Source: a virus. From it: a DNA stretch of 41,547 bases. The notes beneath the pieces are model-generated. The model searched no databases. It was given only the letters and a program-made list of their open reading frames with translations, and was not told the origin of the DNA. The DNA is taken from IMG/VR virus record IMGVR_UViG_3300045988_165964, positions 1 through 41,547 of that record. One strand, written 5' to 3'. Shown here piece by piece: positions 1-8,246 of the stretch. Made by a program: the position numbers and the translations under genes. Within the stretch, counting starts at the first letter, position 1. Each line of letters begins with the position of its first letter.

Positions 1-33
1 TGACTGGAGTTCAGACGTGTGCTCTTCCGATCT
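1..33. other. Illumina TruSeq-type adapter sequence (non-biological)
   Basis: TGACTGGAGTTCAGACGTGTGCTCTTCCGATCT is the reverse complement of the read-through adapter AGATCGGAAGAGCACACGTCTGAACTCCAGTCA. The forward form sits at the other contig end. Confidence 0.95.
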
Positions 34-77
34 GATACGAAAAACTGACAGAAACTAATAAAAGGAGGGTGTTTCAA

Positions 78-557
78 ATGAAACTTACGGACTATTATAG
101 TTCTGAAGAATACAATGAAAAATTATCTGAAGTCCAAGAACAGGTTCAGAATCTTCGTGAGGCTCAGGAAGAAGAAAGAAAAGAGAAAGAGAGAAAAATT
201 CGTATCGAGCGTTCACGGTTAAAGAAAATTTTCACAGAAGAGCGATGTGGTCGAGAAAATATGCACTTTGTCTTGTCTCTTATTGATCGTGCTGCGTTCT
301 TGCGAGCTGAAATTGAATCTATTGAAAAGCGATTACAAGCTGAGGGATGCATAGACTTCTTCGTTCAAGGAACGCAAACTATGTGGAGGGAACACCCGTT
401 ATCGCGAGTTCATACTCAACACTCAAAATCTTACCGAGATACGATTACCAAACTTGAATCTTATGGAAAAGGCGGGGATTCTTCGAAAGGTGAAAACAAT
501 CCTATTGTCGGTTTGATCAACAAGGGTAACACGGCTCGGAATAAATACAAGTTATGA
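78..557 (+). CDS. terS: terminase small subunit (P27-family-like)
   Basis: ATG at 78 lies 8-9 nt after AAGGAGGG (62-69); the GTG at 69 in the ORF track is inside the SD. The C-terminal half (LIDRAAFLRAEIESIEKRLQAEG..QGTQTMWREHPL) resembles P27-type small terminases. ATGA overlap with terL, and an HNH gene lies upstream across the contig junction. Confidence 0.7.
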   Translation: MKLTDYYSSEEYNEKLSEVQEQVQNLREAQEEERKEKERKIRIERSRLKKIFTEERCGRENMHFVLSLIDRAAFLRAEIESIEKRLQAEGCIDFFVQGTQTMWREHPLSRVHTQHSKSYRDTITKLESYGKGGDSSKGENNPIVGLINKGNTARNKYKL

Positions 558-2218
558 ATTACATCAGAATCTACTGGGATAAAATACAATCCGGAGAAAT
601 AAAAGTCTGTCGGAAAATTCATAAGCAAATGTCTACACTCATAGACCTGCTGGATCATCCCCGTGAGCCGTGGACTTTTGATGAAGACCTTGCTAACCTC
701 GGTATAGAGTTTATAGAAGAACACTGTAAGCAATTCGAGGGTGAGTGGATAGGTCAAGAGATTGAGCTTATGCTTTGGCAGAAAGCGATTCATCAAGCGG
801 TATTTGGTTTCGTAAACAAATATACAGGTTATCGTAAACACAAGGAAGTTCTGGTCATAGTAGCTCGCAAGAACGGCAAGACTACTTGGGTTGCGGGTGA
901 AGCAGGTTTCATGCAAGTAGGAGACGGCGAGGGCGGACCTCAAATACGCAATCTTGCTACCAAACTTGATCAGGCTAAGATTCTCTTCAACGCATTCGAT
1001 AAGATGCGTATACAATCCCCGAATTTATCAAAACTACTTGTCAAAAAGAATAACTGTATTGAGTCCCACTTTAACTTTGGGACTTTTACTCCGTTAGCCT
1101 CTGATTCAGGTTCTTTGGACGGTTTGAATGTCCATTTAGGGATAGTAGACGAAATGCATGCTCTTAAAGACCGTAACTTGTATGATGTTGTTAAGCAGTC
1201 TCAATCTGCTCGTAAACAACCGATAATGTGGTCTATAAGTACTGCGGGATTCGTGCGTGAAAATATCTATGATGACATGTATGATTATGCCGAGCAGGTC
1301 ATTGACGGTTTAATTCAGGATGACTCATTTATAGCATTCATCTACGAGTTAGATAACCGTGATGAATGGCTGAAAGAGGACTGTTGGATAAAGGCTAACC
1401 CGTCATTGGGTGTTACCAAACCCGTAGAATACCTCCGAGAACAAGTTAAACGAGCCTTAACAGAAAAAAACTACAAGAGCACGGTACTTACCAAGGACTT
1501 CAATATTCGTGAAAATACGGTCAATTCCTGGCTGTCTGCTGAAGAGGTTATGAATAAAGCAACCTATGATATCAAGTGGTTCAGAGGGCATTATGCTGCC
1601 GGAGGTGTAGACTTATCTACTCGTTGTGACTTATCTTGTGCCAAAGTGCTTATTCAATGTAAAGATGATCCGAATACTTATGAAATCGCTATGTACTTTC
1701 TTCCTCGGGATCTTGTTCAGCGTAAAGTCAAGGAAGACAAGATACCCTATGATGTTTGGGCAGAACAAGGCTGGATAACACTCTGTGACGGTGATCAGGT
1801 CAAGTATGAGGATGTTACAGCTTGGTTTGTAAAGCTCGAAAAAGACTATGGTATACATGTCATCTATTATGGATATGACCGAGCTCTTACAGACTATTGG
1901 CAGACTGATATGAAAGAACATGGGTTTACAGGCGGTGAAGCAGTAGCACAAGGTGCTTACACACTGAGTACTCCTATGAAAGATATCGGAGCAGACATTG
2001 CTGCGGGAAGATACATCTATAATAACAATCCTGTAACACGCTGGTGTTTCTGTAATACGGCTCTTGTAAAAGATGCTAATGATAACTGGCGTCCGGATAA
2101 AAAGAACAGCCGTCAGCGTATAGATGGTACATTAGCAACGCTCAATGCTAAGACGGTTATGCTGCGTAGATGGGAAGATTATAGAGGAATTCTAAAACGA
2201 AAGAGGATAGATGAATAA
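554..2218 (+). CDS. terL: terminase large subunit
   Basis: 554 aa with Walker A-like VIVARKNGKTT and Walker B-like LGIVDEMH, followed by a C-terminal nuclease-size domain. Canonical position between terS and portal. Confidence 0.9.
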   Translation: MNYIRIYWDKIQSGEIKVCRKIHKQMSTLIDLLDHPREPWTFDEDLANLGIEFIEEHCKQFEGEWIGQEIELMLWQKAIHQAVFGFVNKYTGYRKHKEVLVIVARKNGKTTWVAGEAGFMQVGDGEGGPQIRNLATKLDQAKILFNAFDKMRIQSPNLSKLLVKKNNCIESHFNFGTFTPLASDSGSLDGLNVHLGIVDEMHALKDRNLYDVVKQSQSARKQPIMWSISTAGFVRENIYDDMYDYAEQVIDGLIQDDSFIAFIYELDNRDEWLKEDCWIKANPSLGVTKPVEYLREQVKRALTEKNYKSTVLTKDFNIRENTVNSWLSAEEVMNKATYDIKWFRGHYAAGGVDLSTRCDLSCAKVLIQCKDDPNTYEIAMYFLPRDLVQRKVKEDKIPYDVWAEQGWITLCDGDQVKYEDVTAWFVKLEKDYGIHVIYYGYDRALTDYWQTDMKEHGFTGGEAVAQGAYTLSTPMKDIGADIAAGRYIYNNNPVTRWCFCNTALVKDANDNWRPDKKNSRQRIDGTLATLNAKTVMLRRWEDYRGILKRKRIDE

Positions 2219-2260
2219 AATACAAATATTTGGGGTACTATATTACATAAGGAGTTTTAG

Positions 2261-3511
2261 ATGAGTATAGCATCATTTTTCCAAAAATTATTCAAACTAA
2301 ATGGGACTCCCCAAAGTGACACTAAAAATAACCAAGGTGTACAGGCAAAACTTCTAAACGGGAATCCGAGTGAATATGCCACCTACTCGGGCGAGTTCTA
2401 TGCAAACTCGTTGGTTAGAAGCATCACTCATCGAATTGCGACTTATGCTTCGATGATATCGTTTGAACATGTTAGGGGATACGGCGAGAAGTTTGAAATC
2501 TTACGCAATAGTTCTCTTAACAGATTGCTCAATGTCAATCCAAACTCCTTTATGACACCTGCGGAGCTGCAATATAAAACATGGACAGATCTTTTGATCA
2601 CTAACAATGCCTACCAATGGTTACAAAGGGACAGGAACGGAGAGATTAGAGCCATCTTGCCTGTGATTGCGAATCAGGTAGAATTCGTTGAAGTCAACGG
2701 GTTTCCGTTCTATCGGTTTTCCTTTTCAAACGGCGAAAAAGCAGTGATCCCTGCCTCAGATATTGTACATATCCGCAGGTATTATTACAAAAACGATGTA
2801 TTCGGTGACGACAATGAGCCTCTTAGAGAGTCCCTCGGTTTACTGAATACGATGAATGTATCCTTAGATGCATCCTTAAAGAACGGTGCTCAAATCAAGG
2901 GTATTCTTCAACACCAGAATACGGTTGACCCCGAAGATCTGGCTAAACATGAAAAACTCTTCAGAGAGTCCTACCTGAAAGCAAGCAATTCAGGCGGTAT
3001 TGGTATGTTGGACGCCAAGTTCAATTTCATACCGATAAATTACCAAGGGAAGATAACCGACAGCTCCCAGATGAAAGAAATTCGTGATTACATCTACCGC
3101 TATTTCGGTGTCAATGACGAAATTCTTACCTCGAGCTATAACTCAGACAAGTGGCAGGCATTCTTTGAGGGTGTTATGTCACCTATTTTGAACAATATGA
3201 GTCAGGCTTACACCATTCATTGTTTTACCGAAAAAGAACTCGGATATGATAACCGAGTGATGCCCTCGGTTAATCTGGTTACATTCATGAGTGCGTCTCA
3301 GAAGATCTCTATGGTTAAGCTTGCTCTTGACGGAGCGTTGTATACCCGTAACGAAATAAGACAATGGTTTGGTGACTCCCCTGTAGAGGGCGGAGACACC
3401 TATCAGTATTCTAAGAACTTTACAGAAAATACAGATCAAGGAAATCAAAAAGGAGGAACAAACGGTGGAGAAACTGATTCGTCTAACACTCCCAATGCAA
3501 TTCCGGAATGA
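2261..3511 (+). CDS. portal protein (HK97-family-like)
   Basis: 416 aa immediately after terL, SD TAAGGAG. Size, position and sequence flavour match HK97-family portals. Confidence 0.85.
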   Translation: MSIASFFQKLFKLNGTPQSDTKNNQGVQAKLLNGNPSEYATYSGEFYANSLVRSITHRIATYASMISFEHVRGYGEKFEILRNSSLNRLLNVNPNSFMTPAELQYKTWTDLLITNNAYQWLQRDRNGEIRAILPVIANQVEFVEVNGFPFYRFSFSNGEKAVIPASDIVHIRRYYYKNDVFGDDNEPLRESLGLLNTMNVSLDASLKNGAQIKGILQHQNTVDPEDLAKHEKLFRESYLKASNSGGIGMLDAKFNFIPINYQGKITDSSQMKEIRDYIYRYFGVNDEILTSSYNSDKWQAFFEGVMSPILNNMSQAYTIHCFTEKELGYDNRVMPSVNLVTFMSASQKISMVKLALDGALYTRNEIRQWFGDSPVEGGDTYQYSKNFTENTDQGNQKGGTNGGETDSSNTPNAIPE

Positions 3512-4100
3512 AAAGAGGATGACCGAAGAGGGTGAAGTTACAGACATGGTTGTTGAGGGTTATGCGTTTAAGTATAATTCTCCCACGGTTTTGTATAAGA
3601 ACTCGAGCGGTTTTGAATATCGTGAAGTGATTGAAAAAGGTGCTTTGGACGGATCAGATATTTCGGATGTTCCGTTTAAGTACAATCACGAAGATTCGGT
3701 TATGATTGTTGCGAGAACAAGAAATGGCTCGCTTTCACTTCGTGACGACGATGTTGGTTTATTCATACATGCTCGGTTTATAGATACTCAGACAGGGCGA
3801 GATCTCTTTAAGATGATACAGGAAAGGCTGATTGACAAGATGTCTTTCGCCTTTACTGAAAGTGAGTATAGTGATGACTATATGGAAGACTATACTCTTC
3901 ATCACATAAAGAAATTCAAACGCATTTGGGATGTATCAGCAGTTGATATTCCCGCCTATGACAGTACAGAAATTTATGCTCGCAGCATTGCTCCCTTGGA
4001 GAAGAGAGTACAGCAAGTTCTGGAGAGAACAATGCAAGCTAAATATAAAAGACAGCGGATGCTGTTACAAACAAAATTTTTATTGGAGGAAGAGATATGA
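3465..4100 (+). CDS. prohead maturation protease (HK97 / S78-like)
   Basis: VEGYAFKYNSPT...FKYNHED...ARTRNGSL resembles HK97-family prohead proteases and lies between portal and capsid. Start uncertain (3465, 3495 or 3519). Confidence 0.8.
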   Translation: MEKLIRLTLPMQFRNEKRMTEEGEVTDMVVEGYAFKYNSPTVLYKNSSGFEYREVIEKGALDGSDISDVPFKYNHEDSVMIVARTRNGSLSLRDDDVGLFIHARFIDTQTGRDLFKMIQERLIDKMSFAFTESEYSDDYMEDYTLHHIKKFKRIWDVSAVDIPAYDSTEIYARSIAPLEKRVQQVLERTMQAKYKRQRMLLQTKFLLEEEI

Positions 4101-5416
4101 ATCTCAAAAAAAGGCTTTTAGAAATTAAAGAAGAATTGCGTTCTCTTCAGGCATCTCTTGCTACGGCGAAAGACGAAGAGCTTGACGGTATATCCGAAAA
4201 GGTCTCGGCACTTGAAACCGAAATGAGAAGTGTTAAGAAGAAAATTGCACTTCAAGCTCAGGCTCAAAGGTCGGCTCTTTCTATTACCGAAGATGACGGT
4301 GAAGATGACGGTGAAGATGACGGTGAAGATGATGGTGAGGAAAATCACGAACAACGCAGTATTGTGATTTCGCAATCGAATAATCAAAACCGCTCGGAAC
4401 GCAGAAGAGCAGAAAGACTCGAAAAGAGAAAGAAGATGGGTGAAGACCTTATCAATAACAGAACGGTTATTCTTGACAGTACGGTTTTGTATCCCAAAAA
4501 ACAATCCGATGTTCTCGCTCCTTTCCCGTTCAATCAAGTTTCGAACATCGTAAACGCAGTAAGATATACTCCTGTTATCAACGGTGAAACTTACGATTCT
4601 CCGTATATAACGGGTAACGGCATGGGTGACTATACCGCTCAACCCGTAGCTGCTGGGACGGGTGGTAAATATGTTAACACGGCTCCCACCTGGGATAAAG
4701 TTACGATTACCAAAACGAAAATCACCGCTTACGGCGAAATCACGAAAGAACTTGAAAGAACTCCTGTTGCGGGTTATGCCGATGCGGTTGAGGCGAATAT
4801 TACCATCGCTCTTCGTAAGAAACTTGCGAGAGAAATGGTAGTCGGCGACGGTGCTACGGGTCATTTCGTAGGTATCTTCTCTGCAACGCTCAACGGCAAG
4901 AACACGGTCGCTGACTATAAGATCGGCGAAATCAACGAGAACACGCTCGATGAAATCGTTCTTAACTACGGTGGGGATGAAGACATCGAAAGCAGAATGT
5001 CGTTGCTTCTCAATAAGCTCACTCTTCTCTCGTTCGCGAAAGTTCGCGGAACTGATAAGAAGAAAGTTTATACCATCAACTACGAAGCAGGCACGATCGA
5101 CGGCATCAAATTCTTCACTTCGAGCCATGTAAAGGCTTTCGCAAAAGCAACCGCAGGTACGGAGAAGACTGCTTCGGCTGCGGAAGTAAGAGGCGATGCT
5201 TTCCTCGCCTACGGCGATTTCAATCAGTACGAAGTTGCGGTGTTCTCGAACATTGAAACGGCGAAGAGTACGGACTTCAAGTTCGATCAAGGCATCACCT
5301 GCTTCAGAGGCGATGTATTCATGGGCGGTAATATCGTAGGCTATAAAGCGTTCATGCGTGTTTACAAAGCTGCCTCAACGGTTAAAGAGCTTACCGAGAT
5401 AACGATCGGCGGATAA
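4097..5416 (+). CDS. major capsid protein (HK97 fold) with N-terminal coiled-coil delta/scaffold domain
   Basis: 439 aa, ATGA-type overlap with the protease gene, SD GGAGGAAGAG. N-terminal coiled coil (LEIKEELRSLQASLATAKDEEL...) followed by a capsid-like body. Confidence 0.88.
   Translation: MNLKKRLLEIKEELRSLQASLATAKDEELDGISEKVSALETEMRSVKKKIALQAQAQRSALSITEDDGEDDGEDDGEDDGEENHEQRSIVISQSNNQNRSERRRAERLEKRKKMGEDLINNRTVILDSTVLYPKKQSDVLAPFPFNQVSNIVNAVRYTPVINGETYDSPYITGNGMGDYTAQPVAAGTGGKYVNTAPTWDKVTITKTKITAYGEITKELERTPVAGYADAVEANITIALRKKLAREMVVGDGATGHFVGIFSATLNGKNTVADYKIGEINENTLDEIVLNYGGDEDIESRMSLLLNKLTLLSFAKVRGTDKKKVYTINYEAGTIDGIKFFTSSHVKAFAKATAGTEKTASAAEVRGDAFLAYGDFNQYEVAVFSNIETAKSTDFKFDQGITCFRGDVFMGGNIVGYKAFMRVYKAASTVKELTEITIGG
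4289..4336 (+). repeat. 4 x 12 bp tandem repeat (GAAGATGACGGT) encoding (EDDG)4 inside the capsid delta domain
   Basis: Three identical units plus one with a C->T change, read directly from the sequence. In frame. Confidence 0.95.
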
Positions 5417-5430
5417 TAAGGAGATAAAGG

Positions 5431-5754
5431 ATGTCACAATTTGCGAAGAATTTGTTACCCTCAATAAAACTTACATTGAGAGAAACTTCTGTTGATTTTG
5501 ATCAAGAAATTGAATCTTATATAGACGGTTGTGCGAACAATTTGCAAGTTGCTGGCATCCTCTCTTCTTTCTTTTTAGACTCACTTACGGCAGAAACAGT
5601 TGATTCTCAGATATTACAAGCGATACGGTTGTATTGTTTGAGCCTTTATGGTTTATACAATTCAGACTCCGAGAAGTATGACAGGAGCTATCGTTCTATC
5701 AAAGCCACGCTATGTACCAACAGGAAATATACGGAGGCAATCAATGGGGTTTAA
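5431..5754 (+). CDS. head-tail connector protein (gp6-like)
   Basis: 107 aa directly after the capsid gene, SD AAGGAGATAAAGG. Size and position are typical of gp6-like connectors. Confidence 0.6.
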   Translation: MSQFAKNLLPSIKLTLRETSVDFDQEIESYIDGCANNLQVAGILSSFFLDSLTAETVDSQILQAIRLYCLSLYGLYNSDSEKYDRSYRSIKATLCTNRKYTEAINGV

Positions 5755-6079
5755 TACAAAAATCGACCTTGTAGATATATCCTCTGTTCTTGATAAAGCT
5801 ACGGGAAAACGCTCACTTCAAATTGCTAAGAAGACAACGGTTTTTGCTGATGAGCAGGAAGTCGGTCTTCAAGAGTTTTATTCCGCTTACAGCAATAAGA
5901 AAGAGCTTGTTGCGGTTTATGAAATTCCCGAGCATCTCTATCACGGAGAGAGTTATCTTCTTGTAGGTACAAAACAGTACGCTATCACTCGTGCAGCCAA
6001 AGGTCGTAGTCTCGGTTATATTCGGCTCCCATGTACTAAATGCCAGCAAAAATATCTGTTGGAGGGTTACTCAATATGA
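5744..6079 (+). CDS. head closure / head-tail adaptor protein
   Basis: ATG at 5744 preceded by ACGGAGG (5731-5737); the upstream part of track ORF 5648.. overlaps the previous gene. Position in the neck module. Confidence 0.55.
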   Translation: MGFNTKIDLVDISSVLDKATGKRSLQIAKKTTVFADEQEVGLQEFYSAYSNKKELVAVYEIPEHLYHGESYLLVGTKQYAITRAAKGRSLGYIRLPCTKCQQKYLLEGYSI

Positions 6080-6444
6080 CTCCGAAAGATTACAATTTGA
6101 TGGTATACAATTTGCTCAAGCCTCTTGTTGATGAGGGAGTTGAGCTATACTTGAATACTGTTCCGGAAGATGAAAATAGTCAACCGTTAGATTTTGTAGT
6201 CTATCGTACAGGAGTTGTTGATTCAGCACTTGCTTACGGAGATGGAAAATGTCTATTGAGGCAGTGTGAGTGTGATGTAATTGTAAATGAGTACGGAACG
6301 GGAAATAGAGACGATTCAGGACAGCTTGCAAAAAAGGTTGAACAAATTTTACTTGACGCTGAAATCGCCTATAAGAAATATTTCCCAGGAGTCGAGCTCA
6401 AGAGTAATACGGTTCAAACAACATTCACATTTGTTTTAGTATAA
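6076..6444 (+). CDS. neck/tail-completion module protein, function unknown
   Basis: ATG at 6076 after GGAGGG (6061-6066), ATGA overlap with the upstream stop. Synteny only. Confidence 0.5.
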   Translation: MTPKDYNLMVYNLLKPLVDEGVELYLNTVPEDENSQPLDFVVYRTGVVDSALAYGDGKCLLRQCECDVIVNEYGTGNRDDSGQLAKKVEQILLDAEIAYKKYFPGVELKSNTVQTTFTFVLV

Positions 6445-6830
6445 TGGCAAAAAAGCATCAAAAACAGTTTAGTCTTTATGACGAGTTGAAACCTATTTTG
6501 GATGAGTATTCCCAGGAGGTCTGGAAACTAAAAGAACAGGCTCTTGATAAAGCTGCTGATTATATGGTTGAAAAACTTGAAGACGCAAGTCCTGTAAAGA
6601 CAGGTGAGTTAAAGAAAAACTGGCTGAGAACAGATAAGTATTCAAATGTACGCTATATAGGAAATTCAACTGCTGTGAGTAAAAATGAATACGGATATGA
6701 TATTCCGCTTACGAATATTCTTGAGTTTAGCATGAAAGGACACCCCTTTATCCGTAAAACATTTGAGGCTAATAAAGACGAAATCGTAAAAATAATAAAG
6801 GAGACAATCGAAAATGGCAGATCCGAGTAA
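6444..6830 (+). CDS. HK97 gp10-family tail-component protein
   Basis: 128 aa, TAATG overlap. PVKTGELKKNW ... ILEFSMKGHPFIRKTF matches the gp10-family pattern (TG-L-N ... EfG..PF). Confidence 0.65.
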   Translation: MAKKHQKQFSLYDELKPILDEYSQEVWKLKEQALDKAADYMVEKLEDASPVKTGELKKNWLRTDKYSNVRYIGNSTAVSKNEYGYDIPLTNILEFSMKGHPFIRKTFEANKDEIVKIIKETIENGRSE

Positions 6831-7428
6831 AACGGGAAAAATTCTTCTGGAATATAACTGTAAGAACGGTGTATATGCCCTTGCTGCGGATACGGTCAAA
6901 CCGCTCGGATATTTATCCAGCGTAACCACCGACAAGAATATATCTACCGCTGAAAAGTACGGCGACGGAGAATTACAATTGACTCTTATCAATGATAAGG
7001 GTGGGACGGGTACTTTGGAATTGACCGCAAGAGATTCTGACTTTGAAACTGATCTTGGACATGTTCAAGAAGTTGCAAACGGTCTTGCGGAAGTTCAAGT
7101 TCTGGAGAACAAAACTATATCTGTCGGTTTTGAGTGCTATATTACGGGAGCGGACGGGGTTGTAAAAACCAAGAAAGTCTGGCTCTTGGGGGTAAATGTA
7201 TCCCCTGCGGGAGATAGCCTTTCTCAAAACACGGATAGCATCAACGAGTCGATGGCGAGTTATCCCATCACGATCAAAGGGGAATACCTCAAGGATTCCA
7301 CGGGAACAAATGTCTGGAAAGACACTAACGGGAATACCAAAAAGGTGTTTAAGATTACCTCTAAACCCGGAGATACGGGGTATGATACTTTCCTTGACAG
7401 CGTTCCTGTTCCGAAAGTAAAAGCTTAA
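6814..7428 (+). CDS. major tail protein (phi13-family-like)
   Basis: 204 aa, SD AAAGGAGA. Lies upstream of the chaperone and tape measure genes, is followed by a hairpin, and has phi13-type sequence flavour. Confidence 0.75.
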   Translation: MADPSKTGKILLEYNCKNGVYALAADTVKPLGYLSSVTTDKNISTAEKYGDGELQLTLINDKGGTGTLELTARDSDFETDLGHVQEVANGLAEVQVLENKTISVGFECYITGADGVVKTKKVWLLGVNVSPAGDSLSQNTDSINESMASYPITIKGEYLKDSTGTNVWKDTNGNTKKVFKITSKPGDTGYDTFLDSVPVPKVKA

Positions 7429-7444
7429 CACATTCTACACACAT

Positions 7445-7476
7445 AACCGCAGGCAGCCACGGCTCTTGCGGTTTTA
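7445..7476 (+). terminator. hairpin plus T-run after the major tail gene (attenuator/terminator)
   Basis: AACCGCA (7445-7451) pairs with TGCGGTT (7467-7473), with inner AGCC/GGCT pairing, followed by TTT. Confidence 0.5.
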
Positions 7477-7477
7477 T

Positions 7478-7552
7478 AGGGGTTTTGCCAAGCGGTAAGG
7501 CACAAGATTTTGATTCTTGTAATCGGTGGTTCGAATCCATCAATCCCTGCCA
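7478..7552 (+). tRNA. tRNA-Gln (anticodon UUG), CCA encoded
   Basis: Hand-folded cloverleaf. Acceptor AGGGGTT/AATCCCT (one G-U), D arm GCC-AAGCGGTAA-GGC, anticodon stem CAAGA/TCTTG, loop TTTTGAT (anticodon TTG at 7510-7512). T arm GGTGG-TTCGAAT-CCATC, discriminator G, CCA 7550-7552. Very similar to Bacillus-type tRNA-Gln. Confidence 0.9.
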
Positions 7553-7572
7553 TAACTAAATAGGAGAGTCTT

Positions 7573-7947
7573 ATGAAAATCAAATTACCCGTTCAGACGA
7601 AAGAGCTTGTAAAAGGGCAAATTGTTAAAAAAGAAAGTGAAAAAGAATTTGACCTTGATACGAGTTTGGCAAGCGAAATAAGGTGGGAAGCAAAATTCCC
7701 TGAGCAATCTCGAAATGAGGACTTGTTCTCTTATACTCAAAGAATTCAGAAAAATGAGGGTCTTTCAGCTCCGATAATTTTGAGTAAAATGAAAGCTCTT
7801 TATTGTTGGTTTGATACGGATGTATCCTTTATAGATTTTGTTAAGATGTTTGATTTGGCAGATGCTAAATACACTGAACATCTTACTCATAGAATTCAGG
7901 AAGTCTGGGAAGCAATACAGGGTGAGAGTGTTGAAAAAAACTTGTAA
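7573..7947 (+). CDS. tail assembly chaperone (G-like, zero-frame product)
   Basis: 124 aa between the major tail and tape measure genes, SD AGGAGAG. Ends just after a slippery heptamer. Confidence 0.8.
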   Translation: MKIKLPVQTKELVKGQIVKKESEKEFDLDTSLASEIRWEAKFPEQSRNEDLFSYTQRIQKNEGLSAPIILSKMKALYCWFDTDVSFIDFVKMFDLADAKYTEHLTHRIQEVWEAIQGESVEKNL

Positions 7948-8225
7948 CGCATAGGGAAAAACTGATAGAGATCTATAAGAAGATCCCGAATCAAGGGTCT
8001 TCGCCCGTTTTCCTTATGCCGTTATCCTTACGGTTAATAAAAGAGGCGAGTACAAATCATATAGATTGGCGATCTTTACATTTTATTGATTTGTTGAGCA
8101 TTATATACTCTTTAAGAATTGACCGAGCAACGGAGTTCTTGAGAGAAAAGAAACAGCAAGCTCTTCAAAAACGAGGTATTGCTGAGGTAAGAAAAGCGAC
8201 AGAGCAAGATTTTGATAACTTATAA
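7573..8225 (+). CDS. tail assembly chaperone, -1 frameshift fusion product (GT-like)
   Basis: Track ORF 8016..8225 is in the -1 frame relative to 7573..7947, and that frame stays open back to the slippery site. Confidence 0.7.
7935..7941 (+). promoter_or_regulatory. -1 programmed ribosomal frameshift slippery heptamer A_AAA_AAC
   Basis: Zero frame reads GAA AAA AAC TTG TAA. The -1 frame is open with no stop from 7935 to 8225 (checked codon by codon). Confidence 0.75.
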
Positions 8226-8246
8226 TTTTGTAGGAGGTGTAGACTA

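Noticed and set aside
461-1015. 184-aa - strand ORF across the terS/terL junction
   Set aside because: It is antisense to two well-supported packaging genes, and there is no SD or - strand promoter in this arm.
4118-5290. 390-aa ORF antisense to the major capsid gene
   Set aside because: It lies fully inside the well-supported capsid CDS, has no SD, and its translation is low complexity. It is a typical stop-free antisense frame of a codon-biased gene.
7361-7543. 60-aa - strand ORF
   Set aside because: It overlaps the tRNA-Gln and the end of the major tail gene, so it is spurious.
7478-7552. Suppressor tRNA or stop-codon reassignment, as seen in some gut phages
   Set aside because: The anticodon is UUG (normal Gln), and all large genes are intact under the standard bacterial code with no in-frame TAG or TGA interruptions.
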